64,000 nucleotides of DNA from the human T2T-CHM13v2.0 reference genome, Homo sapiens. Below, in pieces: positions 17,421 through 34,855 of the stretch. The translations under genes and the position numbers were made by a program. The stretch lies in assembly GCF_009914755.1 (NCBI RefSeq), contig NC_060943.1; one strand, 5' to 3'. Numbering within the stretch: position 1 is the stretch's first letter; each line of letters starts with the position of its first letter. The notes below the pieces were generated by a model. It was not told where the DNA came from, ran no database searches, and saw nothing but the letters and a program-made list of their open reading frames with translations.

Positions 17421-18769
17421 TAGCCAGGATGGTCTCCATCTCCTGACCTCGTGATCCGCCCACCTCGGCCTCCCAAAGTGCTGGGATTACAGGCGTGAGC
17501 CACTGCGCCTGGCCACTTAAAATTTTCTGTGGATATTTCCTTTTTTAACTGGAATCAGGAAGTTAGGTTTGTTTTTTGATTTTTGAGATGGGGTCTCACT
17601 CTGGCTCAGGCTGGGTGCACTGGTGCGATCACATCTCATTGCAGCCTCCACCTCCTGGGCTGAAGAGATCCTCCCACCTCAGCCCCACCCCCGCAGTGGT
17701 TGGGACTACAGGTGTGTGCCACCACGACCTGCTAATTTTTAAACCTTTTTTTGTAGAGATGGAGTCTTACTATGTTGCCCAGGCTGGAAGTTAGATTTCT
17801 GTGTTTGAGTTATGTTTATCTTTAGAAAGTCATCATTATCCGCTCCTTTGGAAGATTTGTTCTTTGATTTCTATGATTACTTTTGCATGGTTCTAATTCA
17901 GAATCTCTGATGATTTTTTTTTTAATTCTAATTGTGATTGATTTTTGGCCAGAATACATCAGAGGTGATCTTACATACTTCAAATTGCATACCATTAGGA
18001 GAGATATACCAGATGGCTGGTGATTGTTACTTCCCTTTGACCAAAATGTTATGTTTACTTTGGTTCATTCTCCATCAGTCATTTAGTGGATGGTTTTAAA
18101 ACCAATACATAATTCTTGGCTGGATGAGTAAATTTCTACAGGTATTGTAAAGTGATGATTTTCTGTTTTTTTTGTTGTTGTTGTTTGTTTGTTTTGTGTA
18201 AAAATGTAGTAGTCTATACGTTAAGAGAAACTTCTGGGAACAAACTAGAAATGATCCCTGGAAGTATAGTCTTAATTTCTCTTGTCTTTTCATTCCTTTT
18301 ACATTTGTTTCATTGTTACATCAAATTGTATCTTTTTTTCCCCCTGGCTTTTTCTTTCTTAAACATCATCCTAAAGTTGTGTATATTTAGCGTGTTCTAG
18401 AATCAGCTGCACTTTTTGATGCCAGTGGATACCCCTTCAGGTCATTCTTGTCTCATTTTGGCTGACATCATTGATCTTGGAAAGTTTTCCTGCACTGCAG
18501 GCTTGTATCTTCCTCCCAGACTTGGAATTGACCATTTCTCCAAGGAGCTCTGGTTCCTTTTATTGGAGAATGGTATTAGAGACAAGATCAAGGGTGTGCT
18601 CATTGCCCAGGGGTAACATTGTTTTAAGGCCATTTTAAATTGCAGAGCATTTAAAAAATACATTTTTAATGTATTTTTAAAAATCATGAGTCCATATTCG
18701 TATTTCTAATTCACTTTAAATGGTATAGTATTTTTACCTAATTTCTTAGCTCCTAGTTCTTTTTTTTAA

Positions 18770-19088
<319 letters not shown>

Positions 19089-19648
19089 TAGTAAAAAATA
19101 TGAAACAAGTTATAAGTACTTATTTTGTTTGCTTTATCCTGCAATATAAAGAAAATGGTTTCAGTAACAATGCTGATACTAGTAGTAACCATAAACATAC
19201 TGTATCATGTTAAAAAATTCTTTCTTTAATATATGTAACTATTTTTGTTCTTAAAATGCATCTTTTTTTTTTTTTTGAGATGTTGTCTTACTCTTTTGCC
19301 CAGGGCAGAGTGCAGTGGTGTGATCTTGGCTCACTTGCAACATCTGCCTCCCCAGTTCCAGCGATTCTCCTGCCTCAGCCTCCTGAGTAGCTGGGATTAC
19401 AGGTGCCCACCATGACGCCTAGCTAATTTTTGTATTTCTAGTAGAGACAGCGTTTCACCATGTTGGCCAGGCTGGTCTCGAACTCCTGACTTCCTACTCG
19501 TCTTGGCCTCCCAAAGTGCTGGGATTTCAGGCATGAGCCACTGAGCCCAGCTTTTAAAATGCATCTCACTAAAGATGTATGTAGTCAAAGAACTCTGTTC
19601 TAAAGTCATTTGAAATCGTTTTTCTGAGGAATTATGTTACTAAATTAA

Positions 19649-19900
<252 letters not shown>

Positions 19901-21680
19901 TAGCCAGGATGATCTTGATCTCCTGACCTCGTGATCCACCCGCATCAGCCTCCCAAAGTACTGGGATTACAGGCTTGAGCCACCGTGCCTGGCCAAGGCA
20001 CTACTTTTTAAAAAATGAATTTGATTACTATTGAAGTAAGTAATGCATTTCTGTGATTCAACAAAGATCTATCTCACAGAGATATCTCATTCTGCTCCCT
20101 TCCCCCAGTCACATTCTTCTTTGTCTTATGTAAACATGTCTTGTTTTTTTTTGTTTGCTTCTTGTTTATCCTTCAAGTGGGTTTTTTGTTTTTTGTTCTG
20201 TCACTATTATATATTTCTCTTCACTCCTGTTTCCCTCCACCTTACATAAAAGATAGCATACCACATGCACCTCCCTATATCTCACTTTCTTTAATAACAG
20301 TATGTCCTAGAGATAGCCCTTCCTTTTTTCTTTCTTTTTTTTTTTTTTTTTTTTTTGAAATAGTCTCGCTCTGTCACCCAAGCTGGTGTGCAATGGTGTT
20401 AACATGGCATACTGCAGCCTCCAACTGCTGGGCTGAAGTGATCTTCCTGCCTCAGCCGCCTGTGTAGCTGGGACCACAGGCACACTCCACCACACCTGGC
20501 TTTTTTACTTTTTGTAGATATGAGGTCTCACTGTTTCCCAGATTGGTCTCGAACTCCTGAGCTCAAGCAGTCCTCCTCTCTTGGCTTCCCAAAGTGTTGG
20601 GATTACAAGTGTGAGCCACTGCACCCAGCCAAGGTGTTCCTTCTTAATCATAATCTTTAAAAGAAATTTTTTTTTCAGCTGCTGTATAAATAAGATGTCA
20701 TTATTTGGATGCACCATGGTTGATTCAGTTAATCCCGTTGTTGAGCATTTGGATTGTTTCCAGTCTTCTGCTGTTGCTAACAATGCAGTAATGAATAATT
20801 TTTTTATGTGCGCCATTTTATACTGACACAGGAGTAGCTCTAAACTAGACTGCTATTAATACAAATGGCGCTGCCCAGTGGGTAAGTACTTACACTCCCA
20901 CAAGCCATGTGCGAGAGCGTCTTCCCCTTAAACTCACCATGAGTGTAGTGTCGAATATTTGGTATTTCGCTAGGGACATAAGAGACAATCTGAACTTCAG
21001 TGTAGGTTTCATTTACATCCCTTCTTATGAATGAGAATTTTTTTTTATATGTTTAAAGGCCTGTATGTATTAATCTAGGAACTGTCTATTCATATCCTTT
21101 TCACCATTTTTCTATGGGGTGTCTTTTCCTTAGAGGAGCTGTTTATAAATTAGAAAGGTTAGCCCTGTATGAAATGAGTGGTGGCTTTTTTTTTTTTTTT
21201 TTTTGAAGTTTTCATTTGCATTTGGACATTGTTCACAGTGGTTTCTTTTTTTTTTAATCTTGCAGAAATAAGAGGTTTTGTTTTAATTTAGTAATAATAG
21301 TTTCTTTTTTTACATAGCCGTGCTTAGAATGAGCCCCCTGTGGTTGGTGAGCACAGAGACATCCCCGCACCACACCAAAGACCTTTTTATTCATGTATTT
21401 TTTAGAGGCACAGTCTCACTGTGTTGCACAGGCTGGCCTTGAACCCCTGGGCCCAAGCAAGTCTCAGACTCCCAAGTAGCGGGGACTACAGGCAGTGCAC
21501 CACCATGCTGCTATGGTTTTCTTTTTATTTTCAAAACTTTTGGCTGGGCGCGATGGCTCACGCCTGTAATCCCAGCACTTTGGGAGGCTGAGGCGGGTAG
21601 ATCACTTGAGGTCAGGAGTTTGAGACTAGCCCGGTCAACATGGTGAAACCCCGTCTCTACTAAAAATACAAAAAATTTAG

Positions 21681-22006
<326 letters not shown>

Positions 22007-22500
22007 TGATCCGCCCGCCTCGGCCCTCCAAAGTGCTGGGATTACAGGCGTGAGCCACCGCGCGTGGCTGATTCATCAGTCTTTTATGGTTATAGTCTGA
22101 AAGCCTTTTCCACTCTTAAGTTTCACCGATATTTTCAAATTCTTATAAAGTTACAGTTTTTTGTTGTTTGATTGTTTTAGAGTTGGATCTTGATCTGTCA
22201 CCCAGGCTGGGGTGCAGTGGCGTGATCACAGCTGACTGCAGCCTTCATATCCTCGCTAATTTAAAAAAAAAAAAATTGTAGAGATAAGATCTCCCTGTGT
22301 TGCCCAGGCTGGTCTCAAACTCCTGGGCCCAAGTGATCCTGCTACCTTGGCTTCCCAAGTCAGAGCAATAGTTTTTTTAAGATTTTGTTTTTATTTTAAT
22401 TTATAATCCATTTAGATTTTATCCTGGTGTATGCTATCAGATATGCATCCAGCTTTACCTTTTTCCAATTGGCTACCACGTTCTTTGACATCATTTATTA

Positions 22501-22647
<147 letters not shown>

Positions 22648-24135
22648 TTAGCTGGGTGTGGTGGCACATGCCTGAATCCCAGCTATTCGGAGGCTGAGAC
22701 AGGAGAATCGCTTGAACATAGGAGGGCGGAGGTTGCAGTGAGCTGAGATTGTGCCACTGCACTGCAGCCTGGGCAACAAGAGCCAAACTCCATCTCACAC
22801 ACATTAAAAAAAGGTCTTATGTTTACTATTTTTAGGATGCCACTTTGATTATATACTAAATTCTCACATTTATTTGGTCTGTTTCTGGGTGTGAGCAGAA
22901 AGACTGAGGACACTGCTATAGCCCAGGTGTAACAACCAGGGAAAATATTTATCTTTTTACTATTGAGGCTTTATCATTGTGTTTTACTTTGTGGTATAGC
23001 TAGTCTCTTAATTGCTCGTCCTTTTCAGTGTTTCCTGGCTATTCTTGCCTGTTTATTTTTCTTTGTAAATTTTAGGATTAGCTTGTCTCGTTCCAGAGGG
23101 GGAAAAGGTAGAACTAGTTTGTTACTTTTATTGGGATTGCATTAAATTTATAAAATAACTTGGGAATAGGGACATTTTTATGACATTAAATATTCCTCTT
23201 TATGTACGTGATACGTATTCTCGTTTCTTTTTGGGTCCTCTAGGGTGTTTTAAAATTTTTTTCATACAGGTTTGGACACTTCTTACTAAGTTTATTTCTG
23301 GATGTTTTGTTTTATGTTGCTATGAATGGAGTCATTGTTGGCATATATGAAGCTGTTGATTTCTACATACTAATATTATTCCCTGCTTTCCTTAGTTATT
23401 TGTAATTAGATTATATAATTGAGGCAGTAGGCATCCTTGTCTGTTTAGAATCTAATAGAAATGCCTTCAGTGTTTTTCTATTACTTTTATTATCATGATT
23501 TGCTTTTCAGTGTTTTTACATTAGATAAGATACTGGCTTTTGTGGTCAGATACAGATTATGATTATATAAATATAGATTACCCATGCTGCCTGGGTCAGT
23601 GGGAGTGTGAGCAGAAAGACTGAGGACACTGCTAATAGCCAAGGTGCAACAACCAGGGAAAATCTGTTGATTGAGGAAACAACAATCCCTCAAAATTTCG
23701 TTATTGCATCCTTAAACAAAAAATCAAATGGGACAAAAATAAGATGTCTATTCCTATTCTTCTGTTTTCTGTCGATTCCCTTCTTTTGGGTGACTGTTTC
23801 TTTACTCATTTCCTCTGTTTATCTTTTGTGGTCTATTTATAGCTTTGCTTCCTTCTTAAAAGTTTTGTGTCTTAAGTTCATTTTGTTATGTTTCAGTTTT
23901 CATCTGCTTTGTGATTCTTACTTTTTTTTTTCTGGCTCACTGCAACCTCAACCTCCTAGGCTCAAGCAGTCCTTTTGTCTCAGCCTGTCAAGTAGCTGGG
24001 ACTACAGGTGCATACCACCATACCTGGCTAGTTTTTTTGTATTTTTTTTTAGTGCTAAGCACGCTGGTCTTGAACTCCTGGGCTCAAGCAGTCTACCCAC
24101 CTCAGTGTCTCAAAGTGCTGGGATTACAGGCATGA

Positions 24136-24390
<255 letters not shown>

Positions 24391-25333
24391 TAGGCTGGTC
24401 TTGAACTTCTGAGCTCAAGTGATCCTGCCCACCTCAGCTTCCCAAAGTGCTGGGATTAGTGGCATGAGCCACTGCGTCCAGCCCACGGTAACATTTCTCC
24501 CTGTGTCTTCAGCAGCAGTAATAGTCTGACAACTGGCAAGTTCCCATTTCTGTTCTAGCCCTATTCTGAGCTCCTGATCTGTATATCCAACTGCCTAATC
24601 GATCTCTCTGCCTGCATGTGTTCAGAAACCTACACTCTGAATGTATAGAGTCTCAAACTTGATCTCCCTCCTGCAAGTTGCTTCCAGCCAACTCACCTTC
24701 TCGTGTTTCTGTCATGTATGTTTCGGTTTAAATCATGCTCTAAGCCTTATATCTCTGACACACCCCATTAGGAATTGGGTGATCAAGCTTTTTCAACATA
24801 CATAGTGGATGGGGGGTATATATGTGAAACTTAAATTTTTTATGATTATGCTTTTTTATATGATTACAACTTTATAGAAGAGTTGGAATAGTACAGAGAA
24901 GTCCCATGTATCCTTTACCCAATTTCACCAATCATTTACATTTTGGTTGTTTTATTTTTCCTTCTCTCTTTCTCCAAATGTGTATGATTTTTTTTTCCTG
25001 AACGATTTGAAACCAGTTGTGGACATGCTTCCTTTATCTATAAATACTTCAGCATGCATTTTGCAAGAACAAAAACATTCTTTTTCATAACTACAGTACA
25101 GTGATCAAAATCGGGAAGTTTAACATTGATACATTAGTATTATTTAATCCAAAGTCCATATTCAAATTTGGTCAGTCATCCCAATAATGTCTGCTATTGA
25201 TTAAAAAAATTCTTTTGGGCCACGTGCAGTGGCTCACAACTGTAATCCCAGCCCTTTGGGAGGCCAAGGCAGGTGGATCACCTGTGGTCGGGAGTTTGGG
25301 AGTTCAGCCTAACACAGAGAAACTCCGTCTCTA

Positions 25334-25495
<162 letters not shown>

Positions 25496-25498
25496 TCA

Positions 25499-25852
<354 letters not shown>

Positions 25853-26243
25853 TCATAGGCATGATCATGTATTTGCAGCCTGGAAGTCCTGGGCTCGAGT
25901 GATCTTCCTGTCTCAGCCTCCTGAGAAGCTGGTACTGCATGTGCACACCACCACACCTGGCTTAAAAATGTTTTTTGAACTAATGGATGAACCTGTATTC
26001 CAGGTTGTTGCTTTTCTTTTTTATGACAAGGTCTCACTCTGTCAGGCCATCTTGAACTCCTGGGCTCAAGTCATCCTCCCACCTCAGCCTCTTAAGTAGC
26101 TGAGACTACAGGCGCACACCATTGCGCCCAGCTAATTTTGTATTTTTATAAGGACGGTGTGTCACTGTGTTGCCCAGCCTGGTCTTGAACTCCTGCACTC
26201 AAAACGATTCACCCACTTCCGGCCTCCCGAAGTGTTGGGATTA

Positions 26244-26638
<395 letters not shown>

Positions 26639-26719
26639 TCAGGAAAATGTTTGAGTTTTTATTCTTGAGTACTGTCAGAACAACTTCTTCACATTGTGCC
26701 CATGTGCTTTAGTTCTGAT

Positions 26720-26843
26720 GGGAACGTGTTAAAGTCAGACATGGGTGTTGAATTCATCCACGAATAAGGGCTGTAGTTAAAATCCTCTCAGGACCCTGAG
26801 TGGGAGTGTGGTGCTAGAGAAAAACAGCAATCACTCACACAAG
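26720..26843 (+). pseudogene. Fossil KRAB-A box in a ZNF146 intron
   Basis: From 26738 reads D-M-G-V-E-F-I-H-E-*-G-L-*-L-K-S-S-Q…(frameshifts)…V-V-L-E-K-N-S-N, colinear with KRAB-A DVAVEFSQEEWxxLDSAQRTLYREVMLENYSNL. Confidence 0.7.
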
Positions 26844-27162
26844 GTGTGAACAGCTCTCCTGTGTAAGTAAAATTCTGAAAGGTAATTCTCCCTTTCTCCC
26901 ATTTCTGGATGTGTGTAGACTTTAAATGGTTTAATGAGCATGGCTTTGAAGTTTAGGATTCTAATGGCCCTAGTCCCTTTGCCCACATGATTGTGTGTGC
27001 TTTAGTCACTAAGGCAGAAGGTCATTACTTTGTTCTGTGCATCTTTGGAAGTTGCACCCTCATTCTTCAGAAGGCCAGGAGACCCCAGGGCTCAGCCTGA
27101 GTTCTAGGATGGTACTTTGGACCCAGCATTAACATTGTAATACTGTGTCATTTTCCCAATAG

Positions 27163-27234
27163 TTAATATGATCCTCTGTTGAAGCAAGAAGACAAACTGT
27201 ATGGTGGAGAAAGAAGTGGGAAGGATCTGCGCGG
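27163..27234 (+). other. ZNF146: ZNF146 5'UTR exon derived from a degenerate KRAB-B exon
   Basis: TTTTCCCAATAG| … |GTGAGT; encodes remnant …LKQEDK/CMVEKEVGRICA-G with the phase-1 donor typical of KRAB-B (LEQGKEPWMVERE…). Confidence 0.72.
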
Positions 27235-27935
27235 GTGAGTAAATGACAGGCAGGCCACAGTTTTTCAGTCAGCATTGAGTCCTCTGAAGTGCTTCAAAGG
27301 ATGTTTTCTTCCAGGCTGTAGACATATAGAGTATTGCTTGGTATGAGATTTTTAGATTCCTGAATGACGCTTCCAGTCATCATTTTTGTGTGTTTCATTA
27401 TTCTTCTTCTTTCACCAGATTCTAGAGGGGCCAGGCGCCCCTCCTGTTGCTGTTCTGATGTCAGCCTTCCTGCTTCGTCTGTGCCGCCACTGTGGTGGCT
27501 GTTCTCCTTCATCCACATACCTTTTCCTGTCCTCACACATTGTCCTTTATACTTTGTAAAACCTTACATATTGTCTGATATTCAGGTTCCTTTTTGTTAC
27601 TACCTTCTCTCATCCTTTCTAGTGGCTGAATGCCTCAGAATTATATTTTACACCTGTTCTCACACTTCCCGTTGTCTTCTCACTCATCTCTGCCATCGTA
27701 GATCCATGGATTCCTCTGCCTACCTTTCTTCTGCTCCCATGTACCTCTGTCATAAGTTGTTGACCTAGAAATCAGTTTTTCCCTCTGCTACTTTTATGTG
27801 TGGGGGTCTATATGTATGGCACAATTACAGCTCACTGTGGCCTCAGCTTCCTGGCCTGAAGTGGTCCTCCTGCCTCAGACTCCCGAAAAAATCTCCTCTT
27901 AACTCTTGACTCTTAGTCCTGCAGTTTTTTTGCAA

Positions 27936-29529
<1,594 letters not shown>

Positions 29530-30325
29530 GACTTTGGGAGGCCAAGGCAGGTGTATCACTTGAGGCCAGGAGTTCGAGACCAGCCTGACCAACATGGAGA
29601 AACCCTGTCTCTACTAAAAATACAAAAGTTCTTCTTTTTTTTGAGACATAGTTTCACTCTGTTGTCCAGGTTGGAGTGCGGTGGTGCCATCGTGGCTCAC
29701 CGCAGCCTCTGCCTCCCGGGTTCAAGTGATTCTCCTGCCTCAGCCTCCTGAGTAGCTGGGACTACAGGTGCCCACCACCACACCCGGCTAATTTTTGTAT
29801 TTTTTTGGTAACCAGTTTTCACCATGTTGGCCAGGCTGGTCTTAAACTCCTGACCTCAAGTGATCTGCCCGCCTCAGCCTCTCAAAGTGCTAGGATTACA
29901 GGCGGGAGCCACTACACCTGGACTCATTCTTAAGTTATAATTAACTATAATATCAATTCTTATTTTGGCATCTCCAGAGTTTCTGTCTTGCCTTACACAA
30001 CTTTACCTGTTTATGGGACAGACAGCTGTCTAATTTCATTCTCATTGTGTCAGAATGCTACCCAAATTAAAATTTTCATCCTATTATTTTCAGATCCAGA
30101 GATTACCTCAGACCAGTTTCATGTTATTTCTGGATTATTTCTTTTCCCATGGTCTTTGTAATAGGATCAGTCAAGCCTTAAAAAGACACACTAAGCTCTC
30201 TTTAATAGAGAACAAAGGGCCAGGCACGGTGGCTCACATCTGTAGGCGAGGCGGCAGATCTCTTGAGCCTAGGAGTTCTAGACCAGCCTGGGCAGCGTGT
30301 TGAGACCCCGTATCTTTTTTATTTA

Positions 30326-30607
<282 letters not shown>

Positions 30608-31003
30608 TCAAAAAAAAAAAAAAAAAACATACAAATTATGTGACTACAAATATGAACATATTTCTTTCTCTTTATAAAATTTTTGAATCTTGGCCTTTGA
30701 TTATGAAATATTCTACTTATGTAGGTACTACTTATATAAACTTGAATTCAGTTTTCATTAAAATGTTTGTTACTTCTGCCTTTTTTCCTCTTCCCTCTGC
30801 TTGTCCATTACTTCATATTTTCCAGAGGAACTTACAAGTTCTCAGCAAATGATACCTTAAACATGGTTTTAGATTTTGCCGTCTATAGTCTGCATTATAA
30901 TCCGGTTAAAAGGAAGGTCCATGTTTTATTTTTCTGATCAGTAGTTTGAGAACGCATGAGTTGCTGTTAAATAATCTATGAATTTTTTGTGTGGAAATAC
31001 TGA

Positions 31004-31147
<144 letters not shown>

Positions 31148-31768
31148 TGAGTAGCTGGGATTATAGGAGCATGCCACCACATCCAGCTAATTTTTTGTAT
31201 TTTTAGTAGAGACGAGGTTTCACCATGTTGGCCAGGCTTGTCTTAAACTCTTGGCCCCACAGTGCTGGGATTACAGGTGTGAGTCACCATGCCCAGCCAT
31301 TCAATTATTTTTTCATATGAACATTTTTTAAATATAACAAATGCTGAAGGAATAGTTAAAGAATCTCTTATGTACCCCCCATGTGGATTGAATAATTAAT
31401 ATTTTGCCACGCTTTTGTATGTCCGTATCCATGTGTTTATTTTGTGTGCTGAGGCATCATGATGTTTTACTTCTAAAAAATTAAATATGTATTTTCTACC
31501 AAGAAAAGCAGCTCCTGGCCAGGCGTGGTGGCTCACGCCTGTAGTGCCAGCACTTGGGAGGCAGATACGGGCAGATCACCAGATGTCAGGAGTTCCAGAC
31601 CAGCCTGGCCAACATAGTGAAATCCTGTCTCTACTAAAAATACAAAAATTAGGCGTGGTGATGCATGCCTGTAATCCCAGCTACTTGGGAGGTTGAGGCT
31701 TCAAGAATCACTTGAAGCCAGGAGGCCGAGGTTGCAGTGAGTCGAGATCGCACCACTGCACACCAGCC

Positions 31769-32747
31769 TGAAGGGGTGGGTTTCCCCTCCACAGCTGTGG
31801 GCGTTTCTCGTCAGGTGGAAGGACTGACTTGGAAAAGAAAGAGACACAGAAACAAAGTATAGAGAAAGAAAAATGGGCCCAGGGGACCGGCGTTAGGGAG
31901 GACCTGCATACGGAGGACCTCTCAAGAGGACCGGCCTCTTGAGTTCCCTTAGTATTTATTGATCATTATCGGGCGTTTCTCGGAGAGGGGGATGTGGCAG
32001 GACAATAGGGTAATAGTGGAGAGAAGGTCAGCAGGAAAACGTGAACAAATGTCTCTGCATCATAAACAAGGTAAAGAAAAAAGTGCTGTGCTTTTGATGT
32101 GCATATACATAAACATCTCAATGCCTTAAAGAGCAGTGTTGCTGCCAGCATGTCCCACCTCCAGCCCTAAGGCGGTTTTCCCCTATCTCAGTAGATGGAA
32201 TATACAATCCAGCTTTACACGGAGACATTCCATTGCCCAGGGAAGAGCAGGAGACAGATGCCTTCCTCTTATCTCAACTGCAAAGAGGTCTTCCTTTTTT
32301 ACTAATCCTCCTCAGCACAGACCCTTTACGGGTGTCGGACTGGGGGACGGTCAGGTCTTTCCCTTCCCGCGGGGCCATATTTCAGACTATCACATGGGGA
32401 GAAACCTTGGACAATACCTGGCTTTCCTAGGCAGAGGTCCCTGCGGCCTTCTGTAGTGTGTTGTGTCTCTGGGTACTTGAGATTAGGGAGTGGTGATGAC
32501 TCTTAAGGAGCATGCTGCCTTCAAGCATTTGTTTAACAAAGCACATCCTGCACAGCCCTTAATCCATTTAACGCTGAGTTGACACAGCACATGTTTCAGT
32601 GAGCACAGGGTTGGGGGTAGGGTTACAGATTAACAGCATCTCAAGGCAGAATAATTTTTCTTAGTACAGAACAAAATGGAGTCTCTTATGTCTACTTCTT
32701 TCTACACAGACACAGTAACAGTCTGATCTCTCTTTCTTTTCCCCACA
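31769..32747 (-). mobile_element. HERV-K(HML-2) solo LTR (older LTR5A/B type), ~979 bp, inserted into an Alu
   Basis: Minus strand TGTGGGGAAAAGAAAGAGAGATCAG…CCCACCCCTTCA; AATAAA retained; 5-bp TSD CAGCC (31764-31768 / 32748-32752); host Alu continues on both sides. Confidence 0.93.
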
Positions 32748-33473
32748 CAGCCTGGGCGACAGAGCAAGACTGTCTCAAAAAAAAAGGGAGCTCTCCCATA
32801 TAACAAAATACCGTTTCACACCTTAGAAGATTAACCATGTTGTCCTAATATTAGACTACCCAGTCTATGTTCACATTTTTCCAATTGTCCCCAGAATGCC
32901 TTCCATAGTTTTTTAAAATTACAGAATGTAATCAGGGTTCAAGCTTTGCATCTGGTTGCTCGCCACCACGCCCGGCTAATTTTTTGTATTTTTAGTAGAG
33001 ATGGGGTTTCACTGTGTTAGCCAGGATGGTCTTGATCTCCTGACCTCGTGATCCGCCCACCTCGGCCTCCCAACGTGCTGGGATTACAGGCGTGAGCCAC
33101 TGCGCCCGGCCAGCCAGCATCTTTTGTCTTCAGCTGCAGAATGGTGCTGCAGGTCTTACCATATATGTGGGTTTAATCTCTGATTTCCGTATAGCAGCTC
33201 ATTCCTGTCATCTCATTTGCTGAATGCCCCTGAGCTCTGATTAAAATTCTGCAGGGGATAAACTTCCATTTCATATGAAGGTGTGTCCAGTCCTTTGTTC
33301 TCGTGACTGGACAGTGCATGTTCAACTGTTCCTTACACTTTTTTTTCAGCCACCATCCTTTATTCCTTTTGAATAAGGGAATTTGTACCATTTTCTCCTT
33401 ATAATTTTAATGGGGTTTTGGGAGGAAGCACTTGTTGGTTGATCTATTCCTTTTCTTAGAAAGATGAGCATTA

Positions 33474-33620
<147 letters not shown>

Positions 33621-34073
33621 TCAAAAAAAAAAAAAGAAGAAAGAAAGATGAACATTATTTTTCTTCCTTAGCATCCCAGGTAGACTTTCTAATTTTCATC
33701 TTTTTCTTCTATTTGGCAATTCTTCATTATTTGTTATACAACTTGCTAAATTCTGAAATGGAAAGGTTATTTTTCAAGAGTACTTTCAGCTTTGTGGACC
33801 CATGAATGTTAATTTTCTACCTAGATCACCTCAAGTAGGGTTCCCTTCTCATAATTTAGTTGGAAGCATTAATAATATAGATTATTTTCATATTGGGAGA
33901 TGGGCTACCAGAGTTAATCTCAAAAAATTTTATTGCTAGTAATGGGAAAATTAACAAATAAAAGTGATAGTAATATAAAGGTAAAATGAAGGGCTTACCA
34001 TATGGCAGCCATGGTTCTGGGCACTTTATGAATTTAACTCCTTTGTGCTATGGTTCTTTGTACTCCATTTTAG

Positions 34074-34855
34074 AAGAAGCCTGAGAAGATGATGCACAGA
34101 TAGAGAGGCACCAGGACTTGAGAGGCACCAGGACTTGGGAGGCATGTTGATCCATCTCCAGGAAAGACTGAGAAAAAGAGCGTTGAATATAAGAAAAAAT
34201 ACTTCCTCTGTTCTCAGATCGTATTTGTTTTAAGGCCACACCTTTTTGAAGTTTTCAGTTTGAAACACAACCTGGACTGAAATCATGAGGGAGGTTGTGT
34301 AGGAAAGAATCATCAAGGGACTTAGTTGGGAGCTTCTCTACCACAGCTTACTCCTTATGGTATTAACCCCCTTTAAGTGTAAATGTCTTTGGTTTAAAAC
34401 GTTTGTACCTCATCTGTTACCAGAGTGTTCATACTGGAGAGAAACCCTATGAATTTACTGAATGTGGGGGAACTGTTACTCATATGTTGCATTTCGTCGA
34501 ACGTGCAAGTCATGCTGAAGAGAAACCCTGTGCTTCTAAGGAGTATTGACAAGCCCTTAGCTAGATGACAATCTCATTGAGAAGCAGAAAATTCATGCTG
34601 GAGAGAAACTAGTGAAGGTAGCAATACTTCATTGAATATTAGAAAATTTTTCTAGAGAGAAAGCATTGAATATACTGAGTATGATAACATTTCCTCTCAA
34701 ACCTTATCCCTTACTCTGCATTTGGGAGATCATACACAGAGAAGCCTTATAAATGTAAGAGATGTGGAAATATCTTCAGCCAAAAGTAAATCCTCACTCA
34801 TCAAGAAATTTTTACTGGAGAGAAACCTTGTGAATGTGGGAAAGCTTCCATTCAG
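34074..34855 (+). pseudogene. ZNF146: 5'UTR part of the ZNF146 last exon: decayed spacer plus several dead C2H2 fingers
   Basis: Acceptor TACTCCATTTTAG at 34073; starts (E)EA*EDDAQIERHQ; HTGEKP-like linkers near 34430, 34511, 34594, 34731 and 34814 with stops and frameshifts; in-frame TAA at 34787. Confidence 0.78.
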
